From: an uncultured Collinsella sp.
GTDB lineage: Bacteria; Actinomycetota; Coriobacteriia; Coriobacteriales; Coriobacteriaceae
DNA length: 51,633 nucleotides
Assembly (NCBI GenBank): GCA_902490095.1
Contig: CABUCQ010000001.1
Location: 1-51,633 of the forward strand
Reading direction: 5' to 3'
Shown here piece after piece: positions 38,538 to 48,557 of the stretch (position 1 is its first letter; the number at the start of each line of letters is the position of its first letter). The notes under the pieces are model-generated. The model had not been told where the DNA came from and did no database searches. It saw nothing but the letters and a program-made list of their open reading frames with translations. The translations under genes were made by a program, and so were the position numbers.

Positions 38538-40418
38538 ATGTGCGGTTTTGTCGGTTTTGTCGGTGGGACGGATAACCAATCCGAGGTGCTCACCAAGATG
38601 ATGGACCGCATCGTCCATCGCGGTCCCGACATGGGCGGCCAGTTTATCGATGGCCGCGTTGCCCTCGGCTTCCGCCGCCTGTCGATCCTCGACCTGACCG
38701 AGGCCGGCGCTCAGCCCATGGCCAATGAGGACGGCAGCGTCGTCATTGTCTTCAACGGCGAGATCTACAACTTCCAAGAACTCCGTTCCGAGCTCGAGGC
38801 CAAGGGCTACAAGTTCCACTGCGGCGCCGACACCGAGAGCCTCCTGCACGGCTACGAGGAGTGGGGCGAGGCCGTCCTCGATCGCCTGCGCGGTATGTAC
38901 GCCTTCGTCATCTGGGACAAAAAGAAGAATAAGCTTTTTGGCGCCCGCGACATCTTTGGCATCAAGCCGCTCTATTACTATCCCATGGCCGATGCGGGCG
39001 ACGGCGCTCCGGGCGTGCTCTTTGGTTCCGAGATCAAGAGCTTCCTGGACTACCCGCACTTCCACAAGGCGGTCAACAAAAAGGCTCTGCGTCCGTACAT
39101 GACGCTGCAGTATTCGGCGACTGAGGAGACCTTCTTCGAGGGTGTCTACAAGCTGCCGCCGGCGCACTACTTTACCGTCGATATCTCGACCGGCAAGATG
39201 AACATCGAGCGCTACTGGGATTGCGATTACTCTGCCGTCGAGAAGCCGTTCGAAGAGTATGTCGATGAGCTGGACGAGGTCGTGCACGAGAGTGTCGAGG
39301 CCCATCGCATCGCCGACGTCAAGGTCGCGTCGTTCCTCTCCGGCGGCGTCGACTCCAGCTATATTGCCGCTTGCCTCATGCCCGACAAGACCTTCTCGGT
39401 GGGCTTTGACTACAAGAACTTCAACGAGACCAACTACGCCAAGGAGCTTTCCGATAAGCTCGGCGTCGAGAACGTCCGCAAGATGATTACCGCCGACGAG
39501 TTCTTCGGTGCGCTTGAGGATATCCAGTATCACATGGACGAGCCGCAGTCCAACCTGTCTTCTGTGCCGCTGTGGTTCTTGGCCGAGATGGCCCGCAAGG
39601 ACGTCACCGTCGTGCTTTCGGGCGAAGGCGCCGACGAACTCTTTGGCGGCTACGCCTACTACGAGGACACGGTCCCGGTCCGCAAGTACAAAAAGATGGT
39701 GCCGCTGCCCATCCGTCGCGCGCTCGGTAACCTGGCGCTGCATATGCCGTACTTCAAGGGACATAACTTCCTGGTCAAGGGTGCCGAGATCCCTGAGAAG
39801 TCGTTCCTGGGACAGGCTCTGGTATGGCCGGAGCGCGAGGTCGACGGCGTGCTCAAGCCCGAGTACAACACCGGCGATGGCGCCTTCGAGCTCGCTGCAC
39901 CCATCTACGCACGCGTGAAGGGTCAGCCCGAACTGGTCAAGAAGCAGTACCTGGACATGAACATGTGGCTCCCGGGCGACATTCTGCTCAAGGCCGACAA
40001 GATGTGCATGGCGCACTCGCTGGAGCTGCGCGTGCCCTTCCTGGACCGCAAAGTCATGGAGTTCGCCGAGCACATTCCCGATCGCTACCGCATCAACGAG
40101 AACGGCAACAAGCAGGTACTCCGCCACGCTGCCAACAAGTCGCTGCCCGATGAGTGGGCCACCCGTCCCAAGGTGGGCTTCCCGGTGCCGATTGTCTACT
40201 GGCTGCGCGAGCAAAAGTGGTACGACTATGTCAAGGAGTACTTCACCGCGCCGTGGGCAAGCGAGTTCTTCGATACCGACGAGCTCATGCACCTGCTCGA
40301 TCTGCACTTTGCGGGCAAGGGCGATTTCCAGCGCAAGATCTATACGCCGCTCGTGTTCCTGGTGTGGTACAAGCGCTTCTTTATCGACGAGGGCCAGCCT
40401 TCTGTTCAGGCTGCCTAG
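38538..40418 (+). CDS. asnB: Asparagine synthase (glutamine-hydrolysing) / AsnB-type amidotransferase
   Basis: MCG N-terminus, HRGPD, FNGEIYN, LSGGVDSS, SGEGADELFGGY and LELRVPFLD motifs. Confidence 0.95.
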   Translation: MCGFVGFVGGTDNQSEVLTKMMDRIVHRGPDMGGQFIDGRVALGFRRLSILDLTEAGAQPMANEDGSVVIVFNGEIYNFQELRSELEAKGYKFHCGADTESLLHGYEEWGEAVLDRLRGMYAFVIWDKKKNKLFGARDIFGIKPLYYYPMADAGDGAPGVLFGSEIKSFLDYPHFHKAVNKKALRPYMTLQYSATEETFFEGVYKLPPAHYFTVDISTGKMNIERYWDCDYSAVEKPFEEYVDELDEVVHESVEAHRIADVKVASFLSGGVDSSYIAACLMPDKTFSVGFDYKNFNETNYAKELSDKLGVENVRKMITADEFFGALEDIQYHMDEPQSNLSSVPLWFLAEMARKDVTVVLSGEGADELFGGYAYYEDTVPVRKYKKMVPLPIRRALGNLALHMPYFKGHNFLVKGAEIPEKSFLGQALVWPEREVDGVLKPEYNTGDGAFELAAPIYARVKGQPELVKKQYLDMNMWLPGDILLKADKMCMAHSLELRVPFLDRKVMEFAEHIPDRYRINENGNKQVLRHAANKSLPDEWATRPKVGFPVPIVYWLREQKWYDYVKEYFTAPWASEFFDTDELMHLLDLHFAGKGDFQRKIYTPLVFLVWYKRFFIDEGQPSVQAA

Positions 40419-40530
40419 CCTCGGCTTACGAACGCCTGCGCGTAACGGCTCCTCCGGGAGCCGTTTTTGCGTGGGTGCGTTTCAGTTACTATAAAAACCG
40501 TCCCTGCCAAATGGCTGAGAAAGGTGAAAG

Positions 40531-42093
40531 ATGCACCATTCGGATTCCGCGACCGTGACCACGGTCGATACGCTTGCCAAGCTTCTCGACGTGTGCGGCG
40601 AGCTGCGCGCATCAGAGCAGGTTGACGAGCGTGCCGTGACCGGCTGCTCGTTTGATTCGCGCGTGGTCTCGGCAGGTGACGTATTCTTTTGCAAAGGTGC
40701 TGCCTTTAAGCCCGCGTTTTTGAGCATGGCGCTCGATGCGGGCGCCGTCGCATTTGTGTGCGAGGAGTCGCTGGTCGAGTCTCTGGAGCCGCTGGCGCAG
40801 GAGAGCGGTGCTGCGATGCTGGTTGTTGATAGTGTTCGCACGGCCATGGCCCTGTTGCCGCCGGAGGTCTACGACCGTCCTGACCACGACGTCAAGATCG
40901 TGGGCATCACCGGCACCAAGGGAAAGACCACGGCCGCTTTTATGCTCCAGTCCATCATCAAGGCGGCGGGCGAGTCCTGCGGCATGATCGGCTCGGTGAG
41001 TACCGACGATGGTATCGAGTGCTACGAGAGCACCAACACCACGCCCGAGGCCCCCGAGGTTTGGCGCCATATCGCCAACTGCCGCACGTCCGGTCGCCAG
41101 TCCATGGTCATGGAGGTCTCGAGCCAGGCGCTCAAGTACCAACGCGTCGAGAATCTGCCGTTTGACGTGGCGTGCTTCCTCAACATCGGCCGCGACCACA
41201 TCTCGCCGATCGAACACCCCACGTTTGAGGATTATTTTGAGAGCAAACTCAGGATCTTTGACCAGGCAAAGACCGCCGTGGTGAATCTAGGCACCGAAGA
41301 GGTTGACCGTGTGCTAGAGGCAGCGTCGACGGCCGAGCGCTTGGTGACCGTTGGCGTCGAGCATCCCGAGGCAAGTCTGTGGGCGAGCGACGTACGCATG
41401 GTCGGCTTTAGCATCGAGTTCAACTTGCATGGCTTGTGTGCCGACGAGTCCGAGGCGGGGGAGAAGGTCCTGCTGGGTATCGCGGGCGACTTTAACGTGG
41501 AGAACGCGCTGGTCGCTATCGCCGCTGCGCGCGAGATCGGCATCGGTATCGATGCCATCAAGAAGGGCCTCTCAAAACTGCGTGTGCCGGGCCGTATGGA
41601 GGTCGTGGAGTCGAAGGACGGCCGCGTGATTTGTGTCGTCGACTACGCGCACAACCAGCTTTCGTTCCGCTCGCTTTTCTCGTCGGTCAAGCGCGCGTTT
41701 CCCGCTAGTCCGGTCATTGCGGTGTTTGGCGCTGCCGGCGGCAAGGCGCAGGAGCGCCGCGAGCAGCTTCCGCGCGAGGCCGCACCGTATTCCGACCTGA
41801 TGATCTTTGCCAATGAGGACCCGGCTCACGAGGACCCGATGAAGGTCTGTCGCGAGCTTGCCGAGCATGTTCCCGACGATACGCCGAACAAGATCATCCT
41901 CGACCGCGAAGCCGCTGTGCATGCGGCGTTCAAGGCGGCGCGCGAGGAGTACGTCAACCCCGATGCTCCCACCATTGTCTTGCTGCTGGCAAAGGGTGAC
42001 GAGGAGCTCATGCACGTGGGCGACGAGTTCGTGCCCATCGAGAGCGACCTTTCGCTGGCCAATCGCCTGATCGATGTTACCCAGTTTGACTAA
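40531..42093 (+). CDS. murE: UDP-N-acetylmuramyl-tripeptide synthetase (MurE-like Mur ligase)
   Basis: DSR, GITGTKGKTT, NTTPE, MEVSSQ, VPGRME and DYAHN motifs; the substrate loop reads NEDP rather than DNPR. Confidence 0.85.
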   Translation: MHHSDSATVTTVDTLAKLLDVCGELRASEQVDERAVTGCSFDSRVVSAGDVFFCKGAAFKPAFLSMALDAGAVAFVCEESLVESLEPLAQESGAAMLVVDSVRTAMALLPPEVYDRPDHDVKIVGITGTKGKTTAAFMLQSIIKAAGESCGMIGSVSTDDGIECYESTNTTPEAPEVWRHIANCRTSGRQSMVMEVSSQALKYQRVENLPFDVACFLNIGRDHISPIEHPTFEDYFESKLRIFDQAKTAVVNLGTEEVDRVLEAASTAERLVTVGVEHPEASLWASDVRMVGFSIEFNLHGLCADESEAGEKVLLGIAGDFNVENALVAIAAAREIGIGIDAIKKGLSKLRVPGRMEVVESKDGRVICVVDYAHNQLSFRSLFSSVKRAFPASPVIAVFGAAGGKAQERREQLPREAAPYSDLMIFANEDPAHEDPMKVCRELAEHVPDDTPNKIILDREAAVHAAFKAAREEYVNPDAPTIVLLLAKGDEELMHVGDEFVPIESDLSLANRLIDVTQFD

Positions 42094-42200
42094 TGAACCA
42101 TGATGGCGGCGGCGCCCTGAGTGCGCTGTCGCCATAAGCGTGTTCCCTCAATCAAAACATGCCGTCCAAGTCCAAACCCTTCTACGTAAACGGAGTAACC

Positions 42201-43112
42201 ATGTCCTACAATACCCTGCCGACCGTCGCTGAGCTTTCGGGCGAGATGCGCGAGCGCTTGGCCAAGGTCAAGTACGTCTTTACCGACCTGGATGCCACGA
42301 TGCTCGCACCCGGCTCGTGCGTGCTGCGCGACAACGACGGCAACCCCTCGACCAAACTCGTCGAGGCCGTCGTGGCGCTCGCTCGCGCTGGTATTCAGGT
42401 GGTTCCCACCTCGGGCCGCAACCGTACCATGATCCACGAGGATGCGCGCGTGCTCGGCCTCAACTCCTACATCGGCGAGATGGGCGGCCTGGTCATGTAC
42501 GACCTCAAAGCCAACGATTGGGAGTATCTGACCGGCGACATGCCCTACGACTCCTCTTGCGGCCTCACGCCGCACCAGGTGATCGAGCAGACCGGCGTGT
42601 GCGAGAAGATCCTCGCCCGCTGGCCGCACAAGATCGAGTATCACAACGACATGTCGACCGGCTACAAGTACCGTGAGGTCACCGTCGGCATGCGCGGCGA
42701 TGTGCCCGACGATGAGGTTCAGGCCATCCTGGACGAGGCCGGCTGCGGTCTGATCTGGGCTTGCAACGGCCATCTGACTCACCTGTCCAAGCCGACGACG
42801 CTCGAGCTCGATCGCGTCGAGGACGGTCGCGCATTCAACATCAACCCCGCGGGCCTCAACAAGGGCGTCGCTATTGCGCGCTTCTGCGAGCACCTAGGGA
42901 TCGAGCGCGAGGAGACGTTGGCGCTCGGCGATTCCGAGTCCGATTTCTACATGGCCGATCACGTGGGCACGTTCTGCCTGGTCGAGAATGGCCTGACGAG
43001 CGCCGGCGCGCCCGAGTTCCTGGCTGCCTGCGAGAACGCTTTCGTTACGCGCGGCAAAATTGTCGACGGTTGGGCGGCGACGGCAGAGCTGCTGGTCGCG
43101 GCGCGTTCGTAG
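42201..43112 (+). CDS. HAD-superfamily hydrolase (Cof/IIB-like)
   Basis: FTDLDATML, PTSGR, NKGVA and LGDSESD motifs; GGAG RBS before 42201. Confidence 0.85.
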   Translation: MSYNTLPTVAELSGEMRERLAKVKYVFTDLDATMLAPGSCVLRDNDGNPSTKLVEAVVALARAGIQVVPTSGRNRTMIHEDARVLGLNSYIGEMGGLVMYDLKANDWEYLTGDMPYDSSCGLTPHQVIEQTGVCEKILARWPHKIEYHNDMSTGYKYREVTVGMRGDVPDDEVQAILDEAGCGLIWACNGHLTHLSKPTTLELDRVEDGRAFNINPAGLNKGVAIARFCEHLGIEREETLALGDSESDFYMADHVGTFCLVENGLTSAGAPEFLAACENAFVTRGKIVDGWAATAELLVAARS

Positions 43113-43163
43113 CGCGGCGTCGCCGCACGTGGACATGTCTTTTCGAGAGAGACTGGTGAGGTA

Positions 43164-44048
43164 ATGTCCGATATCGAGAATCCGGCAGGCGACACGCGCC
43201 CGATTGGCGTGTTCGATTCTGGTTTGGGCGGTCTGACGGTTGCGCGCGCGATTGCGACGGCGTTGCCGCACGAGTCCGTCTACTACTTTGGTGACACCAA
43301 GCGCTGCCCCTACGGCACGCGCACCGAGGATGAAGTGCGCTCGTTTGCGTTGCAGGCGGGTCGTTGGCTTTCGAAGCACGACGTCAAGATTATGGTCATC
43401 GCCTGCAACACGGCGACCGCTGCGGCCTTGCGTTTGGCCCAGCAGGTGCTCGACGTTCCCGTGATCGGCGTGATCGCGCCGGGTGCCCGTGCAGCAATCA
43501 ACAGCACGCGTACGCGTCGCGTGGGCGTGCTCGCTACCAACCTCACCATTCGCTCGGGCGCCTACACGCGCGCCATTCAGGATCTAGATGCCGGCGTCGA
43601 TGTATACGGCTGTCCTGCCTCGAGCTTTGTCGAGGTTGTCGAACACGAGCTCGCCTCGGGTGCACATCTGCAGGAACAGTGGCTTGAGAACGAGGACATC
43701 TTCGATACGCCTGCCGTGCGTGCGCTGGTGGGTGCCACGGTTGAGCCGCTGCGCGACCACGGTATCGACACCGTGGTGCTCGGCTGTACGCATTTCCCGC
43801 TGTTGGTGGGACCTATCCGCCATGCGCTGGGGCCTGGGGTGCGCGTCGTGAGCTCCGCCGAGGAGACCACGCGCGAGCTGACCGATATCCTCACGCGCCG
43901 CGAGCAGCTGGCGGGCGACGCCGCCGAGCCGCAGCATCGTTTTGCCACGACGGCCGATAACATTGCCGAGTTTGCGGTGGCGGGTAGCTTTATCTTTGGC
44001 CAGCCGCTCAAGAGCATTGAGCATATCGATATCGACGAACTGAAATAG
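43164..44048 (+). CDS. murI: Glutamate racemase
   Basis: FDSGLGGLTV, PYG, ACNTAT and LGCTHFP motifs. Confidence 0.96.
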   Translation: MSDIENPAGDTRPIGVFDSGLGGLTVARAIATALPHESVYYFGDTKRCPYGTRTEDEVRSFALQAGRWLSKHDVKIMVIACNTATAAALRLAQQVLDVPVIGVIAPGARAAINSTRTRRVGVLATNLTIRSGAYTRAIQDLDAGVDVYGCPASSFVEVVEHELASGAHLQEQWLENEDIFDTPAVRALVGATVEPLRDHGIDTVVLGCTHFPLLVGPIRHALGPGVRVVSSAEETTRELTDILTRREQLAGDAAEPQHRFATTADNIAEFAVAGSFIFGQPLKSIEHIDIDELK

Positions 44049-44103
44049 ATACAAGGTCACCGACCAAAGGCTCACTTTCACCTTTTGCCGAAAGGATATT
44101 TCT

Positions 44104-44829
44104 ATGGAGTATATGCAGGTCAACCGCGCCAACGGCCGTGCCGCCAATGAGCTGCGCCCCGTCAAGCTCACTCGTGGCGTCATGAAGCACGCCCACGGCT
44201 CGTGTTTGGCCGAGTTCGGTGACACGCGCGTGCTGTGCGCCGCCACTATCGAGGAGGGCGTGCCGGGCTGGCGAAAGGGAGCTAAGGCCGGCTGGGTGAC
44301 CGCGGAATACGCCATGCTGCCGGCGTCGACCGGCAAGCGCTGCAAGCGCGAGCACGCCAACCGCAAGGGCCGCTCCATGGAGATCGAGCGCCTCATCGGT
44401 CGCAGCCTGCGTACCGTCGTCAATATGAAGGCACTCGGCGAGTACACCGTTACCGTCGACTGCGACGTGATTCAGGCCGATGGCGGCACGCGTACAGCGA
44501 GCATCACCGGCGCCTGGGTGGCGCTGCGCGACGCCCTCGCCATGTGGGTCGAGGCGGGCAAGATCGAGCGCATCCCGCTTATCGGCCAGGTGGCTGCCAT
44601 CTCCATGGGCGTTGCCGACGGCAATACGCTGCTTGACCTCGATTATTCCGAGGACAGCCATGCCGAGGTCGACATGAACCTCGTCGCCACCGACACCGGC
44701 GAGATGATCGAGCTCCAGGGCACCGGCGAGCAGGCGCCCTTTGACCGCAAACGCCTCAACGCCCTGCTCGACCTGGGCGACAAGGGTATCGCCGAGCTCA
44801 TCGAGCTTCAGCGCCAAGCCATCGCCTAA
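44104..44829 (+). CDS. rph: Ribonuclease PH
   Basis: GWVTAEYAMLP, EIERLIGRSLR and QADGGTRTASITG motifs. Confidence 0.97.
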   Translation: MEYMQVNRANGRAANELRPVKLTRGVMKHAHGSCLAEFGDTRVLCAATIEEGVPGWRKGAKAGWVTAEYAMLPASTGKRCKREHANRKGRSMEIERLIGRSLRTVVNMKALGEYTVTVDCDVIQADGGTRTASITGAWVALRDALAMWVEAGKIERIPLIGQVAAISMGVADGNTLLDLDYSEDSHAEVDMNLVATDTGEMIELQGTGEQAPFDRKRLNALLDLGDKGIAELIELQRQAIA

Positions 44830-44870
44830 CCTGCCAAAAGGGACAGGTTTATTTTGGTAGGTTTTATCTG
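44828..44870 (+). repeat. REP-like hairpin (GGGACAGG loop)
   Basis: AACCTGCCAAAAGGGACAGGTTTATTTTGGTAGGTTTTATCTG, overlapping the rph stop codon. Confidence 0.85.
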
Positions 44871-44969
44871 CTGAAATGCTGCGTTGAAAGGTCCGATCGC
44901 CTGAGAGGGGAGAGGTCAAGTGCCCAAACGCCCCTCACGCGGCTTGCTATAGAGACAAGGAGGCCAGTC

Positions 44970-45611
44970 ATGGCACTTGAGAAGATTGACATCGACACCC
45001 TCGACCCGGCGGCGACCATCGTCGTGGCAACGGGCAACGCCCATAAGCTCACCGAGATCGAGGCCATTTTGGGCAAGGTCATGCCCGAGGTGCGCTTTGT
45101 GGCGCTCGGCCAGCTGGGTGATTTTGAGGATCCCGAGGAAAACGGCACGACGTTTTTGGAGAACGCCATCATCAAGGCCCAAGCCGCGGTTGAGGAGACG
45201 GGCCTTATGGCCATTGCCGACGATTCGGGCTTGGTCGTCGACGCGCTGGACGGTGAGCCCGGTGTGTATAGCGCGCGCTATGCGGGCGTGCACGGCGACG
45301 ATGCCGCCAACAACGCCAAGCTTCTCGTTAACCTGGAAGGCGTGGCAGATGAGGACCGCACCGCGCGCTTTATGAGCGTCGTCGCGCTCATCGACACGGA
45401 CGGTCTGGTTACCTATGGCGAGGGCGCCTGCGAGGGCGTTATCGCGCACGAGGGCCGCGGCGATCACGGCTTTGGCTACGACCCGCTGTTCCTGCCGGTC
45501 GACACGCCGGGCAAGACCATGGCCGAGCTCACGGCGGACGAGAAGAACGCCATCAGCCATCGATTCCATGCGCTCGAGCACCTATCCGCCAAACTGACGG
45601 GCGAGGAGTAG
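44970..45611 (+). CDS. rdgB: dITP/XTP pyrophosphatase (HAM1 family)
   Basis: ATGNAHK, ADDSGL, PGVYSARY, GFGYDP and KNAISHR motifs. Confidence 0.96.
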   Translation: MALEKIDIDTLDPAATIVVATGNAHKLTEIEAILGKVMPEVRFVALGQLGDFEDPEENGTTFLENAIIKAQAAVEETGLMAIADDSGLVVDALDGEPGVYSARYAGVHGDDAANNAKLLVNLEGVADEDRTARFMSVVALIDTDGLVTYGEGACEGVIAHEGRGDHGFGYDPLFLPVDTPGKTMAELTADEKNAISHRFHALEHLSAKLTGEE

Positions 45612-45614
45612 GCC

Positions 45615-46061
45615 GTGCGTGCGGTGGTGCAGCGCGTACTCAACGCCGGCGTGACGGTCGACGGCGAGTGCGTGGGCCGCATTGGACGCGGCTACCTGGT
45701 GCTGCTGGGTGTGGGCCATGGCGATACGCGTGCCGAGGCCGATAAGCTGTGGGGCAAGCTCCGCGGACTGCGCATCAACGAGGACGAGAACGGCAAGACC
45801 AACTTGGCGCTTGCCGATGTCGACGGTGAGGTGCTCGTGGTGTCGCAGTTCACGCTGTTCGCTGACTGCCGCCACGGTCGCCGCCCATCGTTTACGGATG
45901 CCGGCGCACCCGATGTTGCCAACGAGCTCTACGAGTACTTCCTGACGCTTGTGCACGAGGACGTTGAGCATGTGGCGCACGGTATCTTTGGCGCCGACAT
46001 GAAGGTCGACCTCGTCAACGACGGCCCCTTCACCATCGTCTTGGACACCGATAGTCTGTAA
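45615..46061 (+). CDS. dtd: D-aminoacyl-tRNA deacylase
   Basis: MRAVVQRV, VSQFTL, GRRPSF and NDGPFT motifs. Confidence 0.96.
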   Translation: MRAVVQRVLNAGVTVDGECVGRIGRGYLVLLGVGHGDTRAEADKLWGKLRGLRINEDENGKTNLALADVDGEVLVVSQFTLFADCRHGRRPSFTDAGAPDVANELYEYFLTLVHEDVEHVAHGIFGADMKVDLVNDGPFTIVLDTDSL

Positions 46062-46096
46062 GTAGTCAATTTGGGACGGGGCTTATTTAGCTACTT
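46060..46096 (+). repeat. REP-like hairpin (GGGACGGG loop)
   Basis: AAGTAGTCAATTTGGGACGGGGCTTATTTAGCTACTT overlapping the dtd stop codon; close to the 10801 arm. Confidence 0.85.
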
Positions 46097-46191
46097 GCGT
46101 ATGGTCACAACAGGGTGCTATAGTATTAGAGTTTTGTCTATCTTAGGGGTATTATCCCCTTTTTGAATTGCACCTTCTGGAGGCCCTGTTC

Positions 46192-46488
46192 ATGGAAGAG
46201 ATGGAAGTCAATCACGTCGACGACATCCACGAGAAGCTGACCGATATGGTGGGCGATCGCGTCAAGGTTAAGGCCAACATGGGCCGTACCCGCGTCGTCG
46301 AGCGCATGGGCACCATCAAGAGCGTCCACCCGGCCGTCTTCATTGTCGAGGTTGACGAGCGTCGTGGCCGCAAGTCGCGTCAGTCCTACCAGTATATCGA
46401 TGTGCTCACCGGTCAGGTCGAGCTGTTCGACCCCGAGAGCGGCGAGCATATCTTTACCCCGCTCGGCAATCAGCTCGAGGAGCATTAA
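46192..46488 (+). CDS. veg: Veg-family protein
   Basis: VG.RVKVKAN.GR....ERMG.I...HPAVFIVEV...RQSYQYIDVLT motif; adjacent to ispE as in Firmicutes. Confidence 0.85.
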   Translation: MEEMEVNHVDDIHEKLTDMVGDRVKVKANMGRTRVVERMGTIKSVHPAVFIVEVDERRGRKSRQSYQYIDVLTGQVELFDPESGEHIFTPLGNQLEEH

Positions 46489-46490
46489 CG

Positions 46491-47387
46491 GTGACCGATC
46501 GGTCCCTGACTCTTTCCGCGCCGGCAAAGATTAACCTCTACCTGGGGGTTCATACCGAGCGCGATGACCGCGGCTACCACAGGGTCGATTCCCTGATGGC
46601 GGCCGTCGGTCTTTCCGATACCGTGACGGTCACGCCGGCGCAGGCGCTGACCGTCCAGACGGTTCCGGCATCAGATTTTCCCATGCAAAAGAATACGGCG
46701 TATCGGGTTGCGGTTGCTATGGCCGAGCATTATGGTCGCGAGGCAAACATCTGCGTGACGATTGAGAAGCGCATTCCATTGTGCGCCGGCTTGGGCGGCC
46801 CCTCGACGGATGCGGCCGCGGTCATTGTCGCCTTGGCAGAGCTCTGGGGCATTGATCGCACCGACCCAGCGCTCGACGATATTGCGCGGGGCATTGGTGC
46901 TGACGTCCCGTTCTTTTTGCACGCGAGTCCTGCGTTCTACGTAGGTGGGGGAGACGTGCTGGCAACTGAGTACCCCGCGCTGCCCGCGACGCCCGTCGTG
47001 CTGGTCAAGCCGCGCGAGGCAAGCGTTTCGACAATTGAAGCCTATCGACGTTTTGACGAGGCCCCGGTGCCTGCGGACAAGCCCGGCGCGATAGCTTCTG
47101 CCTTGCGTGCTGGTGATGCCGAGACGGCATATGCACTCATCCATAATAATCTGGGTGTCATTTCCGCACAGATGGAGTCGCAGATTCAAACGGTCCTCGA
47201 CTGGCTGCGTAAACAGGACGGAACCGTTGCTGTAGATGTGTGCGGATCGGGTGCCTGCTCGTTTGCCATTTGCGACACCGCTGCCACGGTCGAAAGGCTT
47301 GCCGATGCTGCCCAGCAAAATGGCTGGTGGGCCTGCGCGACTGAGCTTATTCCCAACACGGTTCAAATCGACGCGCCAAAGAAATAA
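46491..47387 (+). CDS. ispE: 4-diphosphocytidyl-2-C-methyl-D-erythritol kinase
   Basis: APAKINLYL, KRIPLCAGLGGPSTDAA, IGADVPFF and GSGA motifs. Confidence 0.93.
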   Translation: MTDRSLTLSAPAKINLYLGVHTERDDRGYHRVDSLMAAVGLSDTVTVTPAQALTVQTVPASDFPMQKNTAYRVAVAMAEHYGREANICVTIEKRIPLCAGLGGPSTDAAAVIVALAELWGIDRTDPALDDIARGIGADVPFFLHASPAFYVGGGDVLATEYPALPATPVVLVKPREASVSTIEAYRRFDEAPVPADKPGAIASALRAGDAETAYALIHNNLGVISAQMESQIQTVLDWLRKQDGTVAVDVCGSGACSFAICDTAATVERLADAAQQNGWWACATELIPNTVQIDAPKK

Positions 47388-47436
47388 AAATTTCTCTAGC
47401 ACGCGGCGAAAATCTTTGTTACTATAGTCGAGCTAA

Positions 47437-47513
47437 CGGGTTGTGGCTCAGTTTGGTAGAGCACTGCGTTCGGGACGCAGGGGTCGCTGGTTCAAATCCA
47501 GTCAACCCGACCA
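47437..47513 (+). tRNA. tRNA-Pro (CGG)
   Basis: CGGGTTGTGGCTCAGTTTGGTAGAGCACTGCGTT-CGG-GACGCAGGGGTCGCTGGTTCAAATCCAGTCAACCCGACCA. Confidence 0.97.
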
Positions 47514-47523
47514 GAGCATGAGG

Positions 47524-47552
47524 AGGGACCGCTTCTTGCGGTCCCTTTTTTT
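47524..47552 (+). terminator. Intrinsic terminator after tRNA-Pro
   Basis: AGGGACCGC-TTCTT-GCGGTCCCT followed by a T run. Confidence 0.8.
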
Positions 47553-47625
47553 AGCTAGTGTTGTGATACCGCGATACCCGCGGTATACTCATTCGAGCTT
47601 GTCTCGCTGTATTGTGGAGGTCTAC

Positions 47626-47901
47626 ATGTTTGGACTGAGGGCTCCTGAGCTCATCATTATTCTCGTCGTTGTCCTGATTATCTTCGGGCCCAAGAACCTG
47701 CCGAAGCTCGGCAAGTCCCTCGGCTCTACCGTCAAGAATATCCGTGAGGGTATGGAGGGCGACGATAAGGCCGAGACCAAGCAGGCCGAGGAGGTCGTGG
47801 TCGAGCAGTCCGAGGAGGACAAGGAGATCGCTGAGCTCGAGGCCAAGCTCGCTGCTGCCAAGAAGAAGCAGGCAGAGGACAGCGACGCGGACGCAGAGTA
47901 G
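47626..47901 (+). CDS. tatA: Twin-arginine translocase TatA/TatE subunit
   Basis: MFGL..PELIIILVVVLIIFGPKNLPKLGKSLG; GGAGG RBS. Confidence 0.92.
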   Translation: MFGLRAPELIIILVVVLIIFGPKNLPKLGKSLGSTVKNIREGMEGDDKAETKQAEEVVVEQSEEDKEIAELEAKLAAAKKKQAEDSDADAE

Positions 47902-47926
47902 TCCCATCCCTTTGGGGTGAGCACCT

Positions 47927-47960
47927 GACCGGCTTGCCCGCAGGCTAGCCGGTCTTTTTC
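47927..47960 (+). terminator. Intrinsic terminator
   Basis: GACCGGCT...AGCCGGTC followed by TTTTT. Confidence 0.7.
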
Positions 47961-48007
47961 GTTTTGTTGACAGTTGATTGTTTGATCAGAGTTGGGGAGA
48001 TATCCGT

Positions 48008-48478
48008 ATGGACGCAAGCCAGATCGTACTGACCGCTGAGGGCCGCCAGAAGCTCGTCGAGGAGCTCGCTTGGCGTGAGGGCGATTACGCCAAGGAGATC
48101 GTCGAGGACATCAAGGAAGCCCGCGCGTTCGGCGACCTTTCGGAGAACTCCGAGTACGACGCCGCTAAGGACAAGCAGGCCCAGAACGCCGCTCGTATTG
48201 CCGAGATCCAGGCCATCCTCGCCAACGCTCAGGTTGCTGCCACCACGGGCGACCTGACCGTCTCCATCGGTTCCACCGTTTCGCTGATTGATCCCAACGG
48301 CGAGGTCATGGAAGTCACGCTCGTCGGTACCACCGAGACCAACTCGCTCGAGCACAAGATTTCCAACGAGTCTCCGGTCGGTCACGCCATCATCGGTCAC
48401 GGCGAGGGCGACTCCGTCGAGGTCGTTACGCCTTCCGGCAAGACTCGCGTCTACACCATCGCCAAGATCGCACGCTAG
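48008..48478 (+). CDS. greA: Transcription elongation factor GreA
   Basis: LTAEG..KL.EEL, GDLSENSEYDAAK and ISNESPVG motifs. Confidence 0.96.
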   Translation: MDASQIVLTAEGRQKLVEELAWREGDYAKEIVEDIKEARAFGDLSENSEYDAAKDKQAQNAARIAEIQAILANAQVAATTGDLTVSIGSTVSLIDPNGEVMEVTLVGTTETNSLEHKISNESPVGHAIIGHGEGDSVEVVTPSGKTRVYTIAKIAR

Positions 48479-48557
48479 ACCACGGTCCCGCGTAAAGGTA
48501 TGTTTTCGCTCCCTGGGACCGAATCCTGGGGAGCGTTTTAGTTTGAGGAGCTAACTT

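Noticed and set aside
47443..47625. N-terminal extension of TatA in the ORF track
   Set aside because: Overlaps tRNA-Pro and its terminator; the real start is 47626 with a GGAGG RBS.
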